NCBI GenBank assembly: GCA_963848965.1
Contig: CAWKFG010000001.1
Location: forward strand, 352,001-416,000
Direction of reading: 5' to 3'
Source of the DNA: an uncultured bacterium
GTDB lineage: Bacteria > Babelota > Babeliae > Babelales > Babelaceae
DNA: 64,000 bases
A program made the position numbers and the translations under genes. The notes beneath the pieces were generated by a model. It ran no database searches, was not told where the DNA came from, and saw only the letters and a program-made list of their open reading frames with translations. This document shows positions 42,460-52,294 of this stretch, one piece after another. Each line of letters opens with the position of its first letter. Within the stretch, counting starts at the first letter, position 1.

Positions 42460-42831
42460 TTACATAATCATCGGAATATTAAAAATAGGCAGGTCATATA
42501 ATTGTCGCACAGCCTGTGCGAATTTTTCATAAGCTAGATAAAACGCCTGCATTCTAAACATATTGGCTCTAGAGAACCCTGCAACCCCAGGGAATTCAGC
42601 TTGTAAATCCTTGCCTAGACTTTCTATAACACTTTCTCCCCAACTGTTTTTTGCCTGTTTTTCAGTTAATATCTTTCCAATATACCAATAGAGCTTAAGT
42701 AACTCTTTGTTTGCAGAAAGAATTGCTTTGATTTGAGCTTCTCTTACTTGCTTTTTAAGATCAGCTAATACTTCAGCATATTCTCTTAACTCTATGCCCT
42801 TTGTGTCTTTTAGATTGACTTTTTTTATCAT
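42460..42831 (-). pseudogene. DUF1016 N-terminal fragment
   Basis: ANKELLKLYWYIG, WGESVIESLGKDL, GFSRANM. Confidence 0.85.
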
Positions 42832-42834
42832 GGG

Positions 42835-43076
42835 CTAGCCTTTATTCGTTTGTGTCGCGGCATGGATAAGTTTTGCTAGAGTTTTAATTGTAGGATTCGA
42901 TTTATCAGACATAGCAAGGTAGATAGTTTGCCTATGTAGTCCAGTTTGTTTTGATAATAATGTTTTGTTTTTAGACTTTATGTAGTTACTTAATATATCT
43001 ATTACTTCTCTTGGATTGTTATTTTCTAGCGCATTCAAGATTGCAAGCCGTAATCTGATTTTTCTTTTCTTTCCAT
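42835..43076 (-). pseudogene. Addiction module antidote remnant
   Basis: TGLHRQTIYLAMSDKSNPTIKT HTH; 5' frameshift. Confidence 0.65.
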
Positions 43077-43214
43077 AAGCTTCTCCGATTCATTAAAAGG
43101 TACATAAATAGTGTATATTAAAATATACAAAGGTGCAAGCACTTTATTTAGAGAAGACCTCAATGGCTTATTTGTAAGACCCGTACTACTCAGATCATGA
43201 GCTAAAACTAGAGT

Positions 43215-43439
43215 TTAGTTAGTTTTAGTGATTTAAACTTTGTTATATGTTTGCGTAGTGTGTTAAAAGGGCTTTGGTTTAAGGGTAACTTTATTTTATT
43301 TAGATCAGCTATGAGGCGATACAAGCCCCCTTTATTAGAATGTGCAAACATAGTTCTCAGTTCCCATATGGTTACTACCTCAAGCGCTTATTTTAAACCA
43401 TATTAAGATGTGCTTTGGATTAAGATCAAGGTTGTTTAA
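43215..43439 (-). pseudogene. C-terminal remnant of the Rep gene
   Basis: Nucleotide similarity to 27655-27890 (e.g. TGCTTTGGATTAAGATCAAGGTTGTTTAA). Confidence 0.8.
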
Positions 43440-43543
43440 GGAAGTTTTCTAGCCGGTGAAAAAGCGTAAGCTTTTGTAAATCTCAGATTTCTTTGTTAAA
43501 GTTTAGTTGAAAGCTGTTCGACAAGTTTACAAAGGAGTAAGCT

Positions 43544-44066
43544 ATGTATAGAAGTTTTTGTTCTACTCTAATGAGTATTGCATTATTTTTCTCTCTAGTA
43601 AATGCGCATGATGTGGAGCAAAGTACCTGCCATCATGACGAAGGAAACATCTTTATTATTCTTAATAAACCGTTGCACCGCTATCTTCAAGCACACTACA
43701 GCCATAAGTATGAAACAGCTAAAGAATTGTTAAAGCATATCCATACACTAGAGCTTATTATTCAAGAAAATACCTGCTTTTATTCTTTGTTTATTAAAGA
43801 TCTCTCTTCAAAATCTAAGATTATTATAAAAGGCAGAGAGCGATTGTTAGAATCTATTATCGGCCAAGGCATGATTGATAATACTATTATTAAGCTCTTC
43901 TTTTGTATATAAAGAGCGGTCATTGCAGTGTCACTTTAATAAACAGAAAAGAGTCGGTATTATTAAGCTTGATGAAAGGCAAGCTCAGAAGTTCTGTTAT
44001 CGTCTGTTAGCTCTTGCAGAAAGAACGGATAATCAACTTTATAAAAAGCTTTATCCTAACTTATAA
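43544..44066 (+). CDS. Hypothetical secreted protein, probably split by a frameshift
   Basis: RBS AAGGAG, signal peptide, two overlapping ORFs. Confidence 0.5.
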
Positions 44067-44304
44067 GAGTATACATGTTTGTAAGCTAGTTTGCAGTTAA
44101 GTAGAGTCTCTGGATAATAAACCTGAGTTTAGAGTTGCTGTAGTGACTATATGTATTTAAAGTTATATAATGTTAGTATGTTGTGCACTAGAAAGTGCTC
44201 TTTCTGGCTTTTAGATTATATCTTTACGCATTGATGTGAGTGCGTTATAGTGAAAAGTTAAGCTCTGTAAATCAGGTAAATCCCAAATGATACGGAAGTT
44301 TTCG

Positions 44305-44535
44305 TTATAATTCATTATTATTTTCAGAAGAATTTTTTGCTGAATATAGATCTTTATATTTGTGTTTAGAAAGAAGCTCTATCATTTCTGTATAATCTTC
44401 ATTTAAAGCAATATCAAGAGGATTGAATTGCCATTTGTTGGTTCGAATAGTACCATCTGCACCATGCTCAAGTAGGAGCTGTGCTATTTTTATAGTGTTT
44501 TTTTCTGTGGCTAAATGCAAAGGAGTAACACCATA
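44305..44535 (-). pseudogene. Ankyrin C-terminal fragment
   Basis: GVTPLHLA...LLLEHGAD...PLDIA without a start. Confidence 0.7.
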
Positions 44536-44708
44536 ACTTCTTTAGGAATCTCCAGCAAAAAAAAGAAGCTACTCTTTAATGTTTCTCTAAAAATTATTAA
44601 GTAAATAAAATATTGATTGAATGCTATCAAGGCTAAAATTTAGCTCTATAATTTTGTTCCTGAATGCGTCAACGATTGTGTTAAAAGTCAACAAGTTTAA
44701 AAATTATT

Positions 44709-45653
44709 TTAAGTAGTTTGCCATTGTTCTCCTTTTCGAACCATAACATTTAAAATACCAATAACCTTTCGCATAACAGCAATGAGAGCAACTTTAGCTT
44801 TTTTACCAACAGTGCGTAGCCGTTTATAAAAGCATTTAAGTGCAGGATTAAATCTGATAACTGCTAATGTAGCCATATAAAGGATATCACGGGTAGCTTG
44901 TCTACCACCGCTAATTGATGCAGTGCCTTTAGATCCACCACTTTGCTTAATAAAAGGTGCTACACCTAGAATAGCGGCTATTTGCTTATTACCGACTTTG
45001 CCAAGCTCAGGCATTTCTGCAAGCAAAGAGCAGGCAGTGACTTTGCCGATACCAGGCATAGACTCAATAATATGGCATTTTTTATTAAGAGATTCATTGT
45101 CTTGGATCAGCTGTTCAATTTCTTGTTCAACTTCCTGTAACTGTCTTTCCATAAAGGAGATATGAGCTTCAAGAAAATTTTTACAGTAAACTTGTTGAGG
45201 ATGCTGCAATTTATTGGTTTCTTGAACAATGTTTCGGACAATGTTAGTCCTGAATTTGACGAGAGCACAGAGCTTTAGCTCGTCTTGAGAACGAATAATC
45301 TCATGATATTTAGGCCGTTTTTGAGAAGCAAAGAGAGCAATCATTTGAGCATCAATTTTATCAGTTTTAGCCTTAATGCCTTCAGAGATGATGAAGGCTC
45401 TAATGCGTCTAGGCTGAACTTGCCAAGCATTATAATTATTAATGCTAAGTTCTTGCTTGAGAAGGAAATCGTAACCACCAGAAGACTCAAAAACGATCTG
45501 TACGACAGTATAAGCAGAAAGTACTTGAATGAGTTTATTGATTCCAGCTTGTGAGTTAGCAACTCTAAAGTCTTTAGCCACAGGATGTAAGTGAATATCT
45601 AAAAATTTTTTAGAGATATCGATGCCGACAAAAATATGTGATATAGTATTCAT
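44709..45653 (-). CDS. IS110 transposase
   Basis: Same 314-aa protein as copy 1. Confidence 0.95.
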   Translation of the reverse strand: MNTISHIFVGIDISKKFLDIHLHPVAKDFRVANSQAGINKLIQVLSAYTVVQIVFESSGGYDFLLKQELSINNYNAWQVQPRRIRAFIISEGIKAKTDKIDAQMIALFASQKRPKYHEIIRSQDELKLCALVKFRTNIVRNIVQETNKLQHPQQVYCKNFLEAHISFMERQLQEVEQEIEQLIQDNESLNKKCHIIESMPGIGKVTACSLLAEMPELGKVGNKQIAAILGVAPFIKQSGGSKGTASISGGRQATRDILYMATLAVIRFNPALKCFYKRLRTVGKKAKVALIAVMRKVIGILNVMVRKGEQWQTT

Positions 45654-45815
45654 ATAGTGCCTCGGTTTTGTATACGGGATCCTTGTCCCACTCGATTGTT
45701 CGAGCTGTACTATATATGCTAGCAGGTCCTAAGTTGACACTCGGTTTTAAAAACCAGGCAGGGGAACAGGCTCCTGCTAGCTTTCCTAAACTTAACGTCT
45801 CAAATTTAGGAACAT
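45653..45815 (-). ncRNA. IS110 bridge RNA, copy 2
   Basis: Same sequence as copy 1. Confidence 0.85.
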
Positions 45816-45940
45816 AATTTCAATATACAAAGTAGGGGGTGCCACGTTCTTAAAGTGCTTGTTTTGCCTATTCGTAAGTTTTTTTTGTTAAATCGTAAAA
45901 CATAACGCTGCCGTAAAAGAAGTCCAACTACTCTTAGTTT

Positions 45941-46909
45941 TTACTTTAGCTCTATAAGTTGAAGAAGCTTGTAAGCGGGATCTTGAATGTTGGGCAAAAT
46001 GCTTGTATGAGCCAATGAGCAGATCAGTTCTTTCTTTTGTGCTATATATAGTCTGTCTTCTTTAAACTCTTGTGCTATAAAGAGTAAACAATACAAAGCT
46101 TTATTTCTATCGGCATGGGAAGGATAGAAAAGCTGGCACAATAGGCTATTAATAAGCTTTTGTCGTAAAGAGGCAGATTGTATACTTTTTATAACATATA
46201 TAATAAAGCGAGAAAGATTGTTTCTTACCTCCAGAGCAGGATCGTCAAGAAAGAGATAGATTCTGCTTACTGTATCTTCGTAGTCTTTTCCTATCCAATT
46301 AAGTAAATTAGCTGCAGTGCTTCGTTTTTTGCTATCGCTATCATATTTGAGTATATCAATAAGATGTTCTTTATAAGCAGGTACTATATGGCTTAGCTCT
46401 AGAGCAATCTGATGTAGCTGAGAATCTGAAAAGTCAAGGTAACCGTTATCCCAATTTTCTTTTATCGCAATGCCCTGTTTAAAAGATGTAAAGAATTGCT
46501 GATAGAGTGAATCATGAAGTTCTATAAGTTGGGAATTCTGCCACTGTATCGTATGATAAGGCTGAGCTCTAAAGCAGGGTCTTTCAATTATATTGATTAC
46601 AAGATAGGCGTCCCCTTGATCATAGAGCACAAAGTCGCATAATATCTCTTGAAATGCGTATATTTTTTTTAGAGTCAAAGCCCACTCTTTTAAATGCTCT
46701 TGACTAAAGTCATTAGAATCACAGGGTTTGCCAATAGTAAGGGGAATAAAGGGTACAAATTTGGCTTTATCTACTTTTGTTCCTATAAGCTCAATGCCTT
46801 TAAATATCCAAGCTTGAAGGTTTGCTCCTAAATTCAGGAATACTAGGCATATCCATAGGTTATTGAAATTTTTATTATTTTTCATTTTAAACTTTTTGTT
46901 TGAATACAC
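45941..46909 (-). CDS. Hypothetical protein with HEAT-like repeats
   Basis: KRSTAANLL, LDDPALEVRNN, HADRNKAL; start uncertain. Confidence 0.6.
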   Translation of the reverse strand: MYSNKKFKMKNNKNFNNLWICLVFLNLGANLQAWIFKGIELIGTKVDKAKFVPFIPLTIGKPCDSNDFSQEHLKEWALTLKKIYAFQEILCDFVLYDQGDAYLVINIIERPCFRAQPYHTIQWQNSQLIELHDSLYQQFFTSFKQGIAIKENWDNGYLDFSDSQLHQIALELSHIVPAYKEHLIDILKYDSDSKKRSTAANLLNWIGKDYEDTVSRIYLFLDDPALEVRNNLSRFIIYVIKSIQSASLRQKLINSLLCQLFYPSHADRNKALYCLLFIAQEFKEDRLYIAQKKELICSLAHTSILPNIQDPAYKLLQLIELK

Positions 46910-47082
46910 TTTTTTCTACATACTCAAAAATTGTCCCACAGCTGTGGGACAATTTAAGGACCTTTCCTATGCTTATTGGAGACATAGTAAAGCTTACGAT
47001 AAAACTTAAGGTCTTAGCTTTTCTATCTCTTCTTGTAGAGAATCATTCTTTTAAACATATTAATTATTTACTTTTAATCAAT

Positions 47083-47457
47083 CTAAACAGACCATGTGCT
47101 TTTCTTAATCTCTTCTAGTGGTTCATTTGTTACTATAAGCTCATTAATCTTAGCTTCTGTAATGTTAATTTTAGGACCACTTGTATATTTCGTAACGGTT
47201 AAAGTATTTTCGCTATTAAAATCAATTGAAATTTCGTTAAAAGTTAGTTGTTTATTAAAGATTAGTGACAGTATTTTTTTTCCGCCTAAAAATTTTTTCA
47301 TAGCTGGATCAGAAGATAAAATTTCCATTTCACGGGGTTCTAATTGAATTACCTTTTTGACTTTTTCTTCCATTGCCATAAGATTAAATGAAAGAGTTAC
47401 CAGCTTTATAGCAATTAGTAAAGAAAACAGTCCCATAAATAGTTTTATTTGTTGCAT
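47083..47457 (-). CDS. Hypothetical secreted protein
   Basis: Signal peptide LMAME. Confidence 0.55.
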   Translation of the reverse strand: MQQIKLFMGLFSLLIAIKLVTLSFNLMAMEEKVKKVIQLEPREMEILSSDPAMKKFLGGKKILSLIFNKQLTFNEISIDFNSENTLTVTKYTSGPKINITEAKINELIVTNEPLEEIKKSTWSV

Positions 47458-47854
47458 ATAAAGCCTTTCTTGAGTTTATGTTTACTAAAGAATCCTTATC
47501 TCATTAACTGTAGAGCCTACTTATGAAATTGTCTGAACTTCAGTAATGTTTGAAGTGTCAAACTAAAATTATTGCTTAGCGCCTTTACTTAAAAAAAGTC
47601 TACTATACCTTTATCTTTATGTCCACTCACATGGAAGGAATTGTGTCGATGAAAAATAAAAGATTTTTTTTGATAAGTAGTAGTGTTTCCATACTCTTGC
47701 TTAAAAGTAATGGAAATGCAATGTATGAAGGTGGGGTAGATCAACGTATCTCTAGCAATCAAGCAAAGATTGACTCATTAAAAAGAGCTTTCTCCTAAAA
47801 AGCGCTGCAACCATAGAGTTTTTAACCAGAATTTTTTCTAAAAAAATTTAATTA

Positions 47855-47883
47855 TTGACCGACAGTCGGTCATATGGTATAAT
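47855..47883 (+). promoter_or_regulatory. Sigma70 promoter overlapped by a TetR operator
   Basis: TTGACC-N17-TATAAT containing the palindrome TGACCGAC-A-GTCGGTCA (47856-47872). Confidence 0.85.
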
Positions 47884-47924
47884 TGTTATGATTTAAGTTA
47901 GAAACTTTAAAACGAAGGGCAATT

Positions 47925-48560
47925 ATGGTCAGAACTGTAAAAAAACCTACCGAACGTAAGCTTGATATTATAGTAGCTGCTAAACATTTATTTCAAACTA
48001 AGGACTATGAAAAAACTACAATGCAAGATGTGATGGAGAGCTTGGGTATTGCCAAAGGGACTATCTATCATTATTTCTCGTCTAAACAGGCACTTCTTGA
48101 AGCAGTAGTTGAACATATTGTTGATAGTAATATTGAGCTTATGCAAGTACATGTTCAGAAAGCAAAAGGTAATGCCCTAAAAAAGCTGCAAGTTCTCATT
48201 GAAACAGGTAATATAGCTGCTGCTCATGCAAATATTTTGGAAAGCATTCATCGACCTGGCAATGAGGCAATGCATGTCCGCCTTTTGGCTACAACATTAA
48301 TTAAACAGGCGCCCTTATATGCGCAAGTAATCAAACAGGGGTGCGATGAAGGAATTTTTAAGACAAGTGCTCCCTTGGAGTGTGTAGAATTTATTCTTTG
48401 TGCTGTTCAATTTTTGACCGATAGTGGAATTTATCCTTGGAAAAATGAAGATGTTTTACGCAGAATACAGGCATTTCCTACTATAATTGAATCACTTCTT
48501 AAGGCCCCTAAAGGATCATTCACATTTTTATTAAATATATTTTTAAACAATAGAGGATAA
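47925..48560 (+). CDS. TetR/AcrR-family regulator
   Basis: TTMQDVMESLGIAKGTIYHYFSSK. Confidence 0.93.
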   Translation: MVRTVKKPTERKLDIIVAAKHLFQTKDYEKTTMQDVMESLGIAKGTIYHYFSSKQALLEAVVEHIVDSNIELMQVHVQKAKGNALKKLQVLIETGNIAAAHANILESIHRPGNEAMHVRLLATTLIKQAPLYAQVIKQGCDEGIFKTSAPLECVEFILCAVQFLTDSGIYPWKNEDVLRRIQAFPTIIESLLKAPKGSFTFLLNIFLNNRG

Positions 48561-49454
48561 ATGAATACGATAAAACAATTACATGTCTATCAACCGATGC
48601 TATTTTTTCTAAGCGCTTTATTTATTGGAAGTATAGCTTGGTTTAGTGCTGCTTATAGTAGTTATCAACCATCTTTAAATTATTTGTTATTTCCTTTAAT
48701 CCTTGCAGGCATGAGCAGTCCAACCATCGCAGCATTAATGATGTTTGCTAAATCAAGAGATAAAGATTTATGGGGTGATTTTTGCCAAAAATTGCGATTT
48801 GATAGAATTAAAATACGTTTTCTTCCCCTTCTTTTGCTTATACCTTGTTTAATTTTACTATCAATTGCCATTTCCTTATTATTTGGGTTTTCTTCAGATC
48901 AATTTTCACTAGCCTCTATTCCAGATCCCGCTTTGAAAGGGAAAAATATTTTAGCAATTGTTTTGATAGTTCTTCTATCCTGTAGTTTAGAAGAAATTGG
49001 TTGGAGAGGATACGGTATTGATAGTTTAAAGAGTAAATACAACTTGTGGAAAACATCTTTGATCTTCGCCTCCATTTGGGCTTTGTGGCATGTTCCTGCA
49101 TTCTTTATTAAGAATGGCTATTTTCAACAAGAGGTTTGGAATTTAGGTATTATACATACAGCTAATTATTTTATAGGCTATTTTCCAATTACTATTTTGA
49201 TAAATTGGCTCTACATTAAAAATAATCGCAGCATACTAATTGCTCTAGTATGTCATGCAAGTATGAATCTTTTCTATGGTCTTTTGCAAATCCAACCATT
49301 TACCAAAATTATTATCACGCTTCTATTATTGCTAACTGCAAGCATAATTGTTATCAGAAACAAAAAAATGTTTTTTATTAAAAACTCAGATAGCAGCATC
49401 AAGAGCAGCGCCATTCTCTACGAGTATTTCTATCACCTTTTTACGACCATTTAA
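48561..49454 (+). CDS. CPBP (CAAX/Abi) intramembrane protease
   Basis: EEIGWRGY, WALWHVP, HASMN. Confidence 0.9.
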   Translation: MNTIKQLHVYQPMLFFLSALFIGSIAWFSAAYSSYQPSLNYLLFPLILAGMSSPTIAALMMFAKSRDKDLWGDFCQKLRFDRIKIRFLPLLLLIPCLILLSIAISLLFGFSSDQFSLASIPDPALKGKNILAIVLIVLLSCSLEEIGWRGYGIDSLKSKYNLWKTSLIFASIWALWHVPAFFIKNGYFQQEVWNLGIIHTANYFIGYFPITILINWLYIKNNRSILIALVCHASMNLFYGLLQIQPFTKIIITLLLLLTASIIVIRNKKMFFIKNSDSSIKSSAILYEYFYHLFTTI

Positions 49455-49500
49455 CCTAGCAATTATTAGCGCAGTTCGATCACCACAACTTTTACTATTA

Positions 49501-50429
49501 GAGCCTATCCGTAAATTCATAATTTGTTAAAAATAATGATAGCTACGGCAAAATAAACCATAGCCATATAGTTTAAAGCGTATTTTTCATAACGAACAAA
49601 CAAGCGCCTAAACCGATTGAGCCATGAATGCGTAGGTTCAATGAACCAGCGTTGATAACCTTCTGGTACACCATAAACTTTATTTTTAGCTTTTCTTTTA
49701 TTTTTCATTATTTTAGGTACATAGCTGTAATGCAGCAAGTAGGCTCTTATTTGCGCTGAATCATAAGCTGCATCTAAACTTATAATTTTGCTATAAGGCA
49801 TGGATATATGCTTAGGAATGGATAATAAGGTATCCAAAAATAGCTGAGAATCGTGCTGATTAGCGCTACCTAACGCACAACCGATAACTATACCGTTTTT
49901 ATCAGTTAATATGCTTCGTTTTGTTCCTAATTTTCTCCTATCTACTGGGCTCTTGCCTGTTTTCTCTGAACCCAAGGGCGCTTTAATATAAACACAATCA
50001 GCAGCTTGAGTTTCTAGACTAAGTCCGTGAATTTTATCATATTGGTCAAGTTCAGCATACCATAAATATTTAAAGAACTCGACAGACCTTAATTTTTGAA
50101 ACAGTTTATGGACAGCAGAGTACGATCCAAAGCATCTAGGCAATGCATTCCATTGTATACCTGTCCTTAACAGATAATAGATACCATTTATTGCTCTTTT
50201 CATATCCATTGAGGGTCTTCCCCGCTTTGATTTTTCGCTTATTTTTGGTATTATTTTTTCTATATCTTTCCATAAATTTGGAGTTATAAGAAACTTCTTG
50301 TTTATGCATACTTCATAACAATTTTTTGTATGACACATGTGTAAATCTCCTTCTTGATCGTTGATCGCGATTCTTTAGAAGGAGATTTTATTATATTTTC
50401 AACCTTTTTTCCATTTTAGAGATAGGCTC
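49501..50429 (-). mobile_element. IS5-family insertion sequence
   Basis: Terminal IRs GAGCCTATC / GATAGGCTC with TTA target duplication (49498-49500, 50430-50432). Confidence 0.9.
49517..50338 (-). CDS. IS5-family transposase
   Basis: GIYYLLRTGIQWNALP, GTKR, DAAYD, RWFIEPTHSWLNRFRRL. Confidence 0.92.
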   Translation of the reverse strand: MCHTKNCYEVCINKKFLITPNLWKDIEKIIPKISEKSKRGRPSMDMKRAINGIYYLLRTGIQWNALPRCFGSYSAVHKLFQKLRSVEFFKYLWYAELDQYDKIHGLSLETQAADCVYIKAPLGSEKTGKSPVDRRKLGTKRSILTDKNGIVIGCALGSANQHDSQLFLDTLLSIPKHISMPYSKIISLDAAYDSAQIRAYLLHYSYVPKIMKNKRKAKNKVYGVPEGYQRWFIEPTHSWLNRFRRLFVRYEKYALNYMAMVYFAVAIIIFNKL

Positions 50430-50809
50430 TTAATATTAACTTTATGTAAGAGGAGCTCTAGTTGTGTAATATTGTCTGTTTCAGCTGCTGTGAAAAGTTG
50501 CTTTGTGTCTGCTTATTTAGGAACTGTTGCATTGCATTAGTGCTAATAAACAATCCAATAAAAGAAATAAAAATAATTCTTTTCATAGGGTCCTTCTGGG
50601 CTTTTTGGGAAATTTTATACAAACAAATGATTGAGATGCTCTTTTACGTTTAAGTCTTTTCTTCTTGATTGAATATTCATTAGTAGTATACTACATTGCT
50701 CCCTTTACTATGCGCTCAGTAGAGGCATTTGTTCCTGTCTTTGCTATAATAGTTAATAAAGGCATTGCTTTCGCCTCTCCTTTTTAGTATAACTTAAGAG
50801 CGCTCTTGC

Positions 50810-50910
50810 AACTGCCTTGCGCTTGGAAGGTGCTTGCCTTGCCTGTCTGCCGTAACTTTAGTGAAGGCTGGATATCTTCCCTATAAATAAGGGAGGCCTA
50901 CGGCGATTTT
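50810..50910 (+). repeat. ~90-100 bp dispersed repeat (second copy 52083-52171) upstream of effector-like genes
   Basis: AACTGCCTTGCGC...GAAGGCTGGATATC...GGAGG..TACGGC in both copies. Confidence 0.7.
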
Positions 50911-50935
50911 TACTAAAAGCTTTTATGAGGATAGT

Positions 50936-51898
50936 ATGTGTTACAGTTTATTGCTTTCTCTCTTCATCGTAGTAGTATTACCTGCTTTAGGTATGGAACC
51001 TGATTGTTCAATCCGTATAACTGCCAAAGGAGATAAGAATGTACGTATTCCACTAGTCTGTCTTACACAAGAAGTAGCTCAGCTATTACAGAACAAGGAC
51101 ATTTGCCAATGGTTTAAAAATATTTCTCCTGAGCTCATTCAAACTCTTGTTCGGTTTTGTAACTTTATCCGAATGGAATCTAAAGTTGATACTCAATCTG
51201 GTATGAAAAAATTTGTTATACTCAATATCAGTTTTGAAGATATGCCAGAGTTTTTAAGGGTGCTCGTAATCCTTTCTTTACATCAGAAAGTTATTACCGA
51301 AGCTATACGTTACTATGTTGAAAAGGCAGAAAAACGTAAGATATACCTTAACAATTACCAGTTTCATACTGACGCTGAAAAAGATAGCTCTATAAAGTTA
51401 GAGATAGCTAAATGGTATTTTTTAAAATATGGTTCACACTTAGATATACCTCAAGGTTCCTTTCCATCGATATCGATACATGATCTTTTAGAGGCAGAAA
51501 AGAAGATAACAGCAACTACAGTGAGCAAGATGGTAGGAAAACTTGCACAAATTGATACTTATTGTCAACTAGATGATATAGTTATTATGTTAAATAATTT
51601 TCGTTTAACTTCTCTTGATGGAATGAACGAGTTGCTTATACAGCTTAAGGTGTCTAAAGAGAAAATAGGGGCTATAGATTTGAGGGGACATTATACTAAT
51701 AAAAATCTGATTAAACTATCCATCAACAGTCTTGATTCTGCTGATTATAAAGCTCTTAAGGTCCTTTACTTAGATAATGAATCAGTTTTTCTTCCTGGTA
51801 AAGTGTCTGCTCCTATTGTAAGTAGTGCATGGCAGCCTGTAGTAGATAAAGAGCCTGTGATTATTAAAATGCAGCCTGCACATAGCGTAATAAATTAA
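50936..51898 (+). CDS. Hypothetical secreted protein (degenerate LRR-like C-terminus)
   Basis: Signal ALGME; LNNFRLTSLDG, LKVLYLDN. Confidence 0.6.
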   Translation: MCYSLLLSLFIVVVLPALGMEPDCSIRITAKGDKNVRIPLVCLTQEVAQLLQNKDICQWFKNISPELIQTLVRFCNFIRMESKVDTQSGMKKFVILNISFEDMPEFLRVLVILSLHQKVITEAIRYYVEKAEKRKIYLNNYQFHTDAEKDSSIKLEIAKWYFLKYGSHLDIPQGSFPSISIHDLLEAEKKITATTVSKMVGKLAQIDTYCQLDDIVIMLNNFRLTSLDGMNELLIQLKVSKEKIGAIDLRGHYTNKNLIKLSINSLDSADYKALKVLYLDNESVFLPGKVSAPIVSSAWQPVVDKEPVIIKMQPAHSVIN

Positions 51899-52294
51899 AG
51901 GCTAACGAAAGAGCATTGTTGATAATGAATTAAGGAGCATCTTCATTGATGCAGCTGAGATTCGTAGATCGTATGCATATTAAGGTTAAAAAACGGGGAG
52001 AGCAAGACTCCCTAGCCATGTACCCACTACCCTCATTATCAAGAGATACATACTTCTTCATAACTTAAGATAGAGACTTCATAACTGCCTTGCGCCTGAC
52101 TGTGTCCGCCAAAGCCTTTAGGCGAAGGCTGGATATCTCCCATATTAATAAAGGAGGATTACGGCAAATTTTCTCTAAATAAATTGACATCTAAATAATA
52201 AGTACATAGGCTGTGGGATTAACAAGGTTAGTTAGGATATAATGTCTCAATTTTTCTTAAGCTAAAAAATTGTATGTGAGCGGGAGTTGGAGCC

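Larger units (their letters stand above)
44671..45831 (-). mobile_element. IS110-family element, copy 2
   Basis: Apparently identical to 34021-35181 (offset 10650). Confidence 0.93.
25124..45844. mobile_element. Composite genomic island at tRNA-Arg (may extend to ~55860 or beyond)
   Basis: Integrase at the tRNA, att-like tails ending 35194, 40668 and 45844, Rep/TA/DUF1016 remnants, no core genes. Confidence 0.75.
44587..45844 (-). repeat. att-like integrase tail (interrupted by IS110 copy 2)
   Basis: With the IS removed it reads WHPLLDAFRNKIIELNFSLDSIQSIFYLLNNF*; ends in GGGGGTGCCA. Confidence 0.75.
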
